From: Phallusia mammillata
Lineage: Eukaryota
Direction: 5' to 3'
DNA: 64,000 bases
Assembly (NCBI GenBank): GCA_965637545.1
Contig: OZ281500.1
Span: 3,348,001-3,412,000, forward strand
Part shown: one piece after another, positions 63,601 to 64,000 of the stretch
How positions within the stretch are numbered: position 1 is the stretch's first letter
Layout of the letters: the number at the start of each line of letters is the position of its first letter
The notes under the pieces: model-generated
Database searches by the model: none
The model's input: only the letters and a program-made list of their open reading frames with translations
What the model was told of the DNA's origin: nothing
Made by a program: the position numbers and the translations under genes

Positions 63601-64000
63601 TAATTTTATATATCAGTGATCGAGTTAAACAGTACGTGTACGAGGTTGTTGAGGTAAACTGTAAAGTCAAGAACCATGTGCTTATCAACATATCCTGGCT
63701 AAAATGTGCTTCATTTTTACTTACAGGCAGCGATAAAGGAATAAAATGTTAAAAAGTTACAAAATGTTTCACCCACACATATTGCCTTGGTTATTTCTAT
63801 CAAAATTTTTCTGTCAACCTCCACGCAAAATTGTAACATAAACAATCACACAAGTAATAAATTTGAAAACAAGTTCAATCCTATAAAAACAGGCCCTGTT
63901 TCTAAAAAAAAGGCATTTTTAATAATCTGACTTTTTCGCAACAAAAATGATAGGGCGTTTAAAACATATAAAAAATACTTTTTCCATTGAACTATTGGGT
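51697..64000 (-). CDS. Gene D: close paralog of gene B, 5' part (SP, CTLD, first Ig) beyond the right edge
   Basis: Last exon 51697-51756 [19 protein letters not shown]; P-loop exons 54607-54767 and 54403-54538; TM 58786-58879; Ig exons 60.5-64 kb. The window ends inside the exon matching B ~27247-27268. Confidence 0.9.
53059..53390. mobile_element. hAT-type MITE, 332 bp, present in gene D intron and absent at the gene B site
   Basis: TIRs cagtggttcccaaact / agtttgggaacccctg; TSD gtgtagag / gagtagag; single gtgtagag at the empty site near 17610. Confidence 0.88.
56174..56719 (+). CDS. C-terminal fragment of Penelope-type protein (RT thumb/linker + GIY-YIG endonuclease)
   Basis: [10 protein letters not shown]...[30 protein letters not shown]...[12 protein letters not shown]...RLFLESWNI: GIY-YIG with the CCHH pattern typical of Penelope-clade elements. 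The true start is missing. Confidence 0.88.
   Translation: MRLVQCILRDRRATCSKQVTHPKTEGFVTLPYIPKLTDILRRMLRDFGVAVGVQPANTLRKLLNHPKDPINTFEQRGVVYSIPCAECPLIYIGETRRSLNTRRKEHQRDVANSDAKKSALSNHAVSQGHRIDFNAASVVARKPDYRKRLFLESWNIHQRGNTMNIKTDVMLSACYRHLLKD
56826..56880 (+). ncRNA. Minimal hammerhead-ribozyme-like motif (G12 to A); mirror copy on the minus strand at ~56112-56168 (G8 to U)
   Basis: CTGATGA - GAC/GTC stem II with CCT-GTAT-AGG hairpin - (G/A)AAAC GTC; stem I pairing only partial. Confidence 0.7.
57133..57509. mobile_element. hAT-type element, 377 bp, with gcccgaacccg subterminal repeats; D-specific
   Basis: TIRs cagagttgcaag / cttgcaactctg; perfect 8-bp TSD cccggaac; absent at gene B ~20760. 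Confidence 0.9.

Overview
AT-rich, compact-intron animal genomic DNA. It is probably an invertebrate, possibly a tunicate, but that is inference from base composition, 55-200 nt introns and repeat types. Nearly the whole window is a head-to-tail, minus-strand array of multi-exon receptor-type protein tyrosine phosphatase (RPTP) genes with an unusual architecture: signal peptide - C-type-lectin-like domain (CTLD) - 8 Ig-like domains - second compact CTLD - FN3-like region - TM - PTP D1 - PTP D2, roughly 1,900 aa by estimate. In window order I resolve: gene A (190-13332, intact where read, last exon off the left edge), a decayed 3' remnant R1 (~15.07-16.13 kb), gene B (16842-29813, complete), an orphan 5' module E (signal peptide + first CTLD exon, 33.7-34.9 kb), pseudogene C (36028-48602, chimeric, catalytic motifs lost, many frameshifts), remnant R2 (~49.87-50.95 kb) and gene D (51697 to beyond 64000, close copy of B). 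The array looks like a ~35 kb two-gene unit present twice with patchwork identity. Introns carry hAT-type MITEs with 8-bp TSDs, a tRNA-derived element, a ~158-bp tandem repeat, and a recent Penelope-like (GIY-YIG) retroelement with inverted pseudo-LTRs, each holding a hammerhead-ribozyme core broken at a catalytic G. Exons were reconstructed by hand from GT-AG sites, reading phase and paralog comparison. No database searches were possible.
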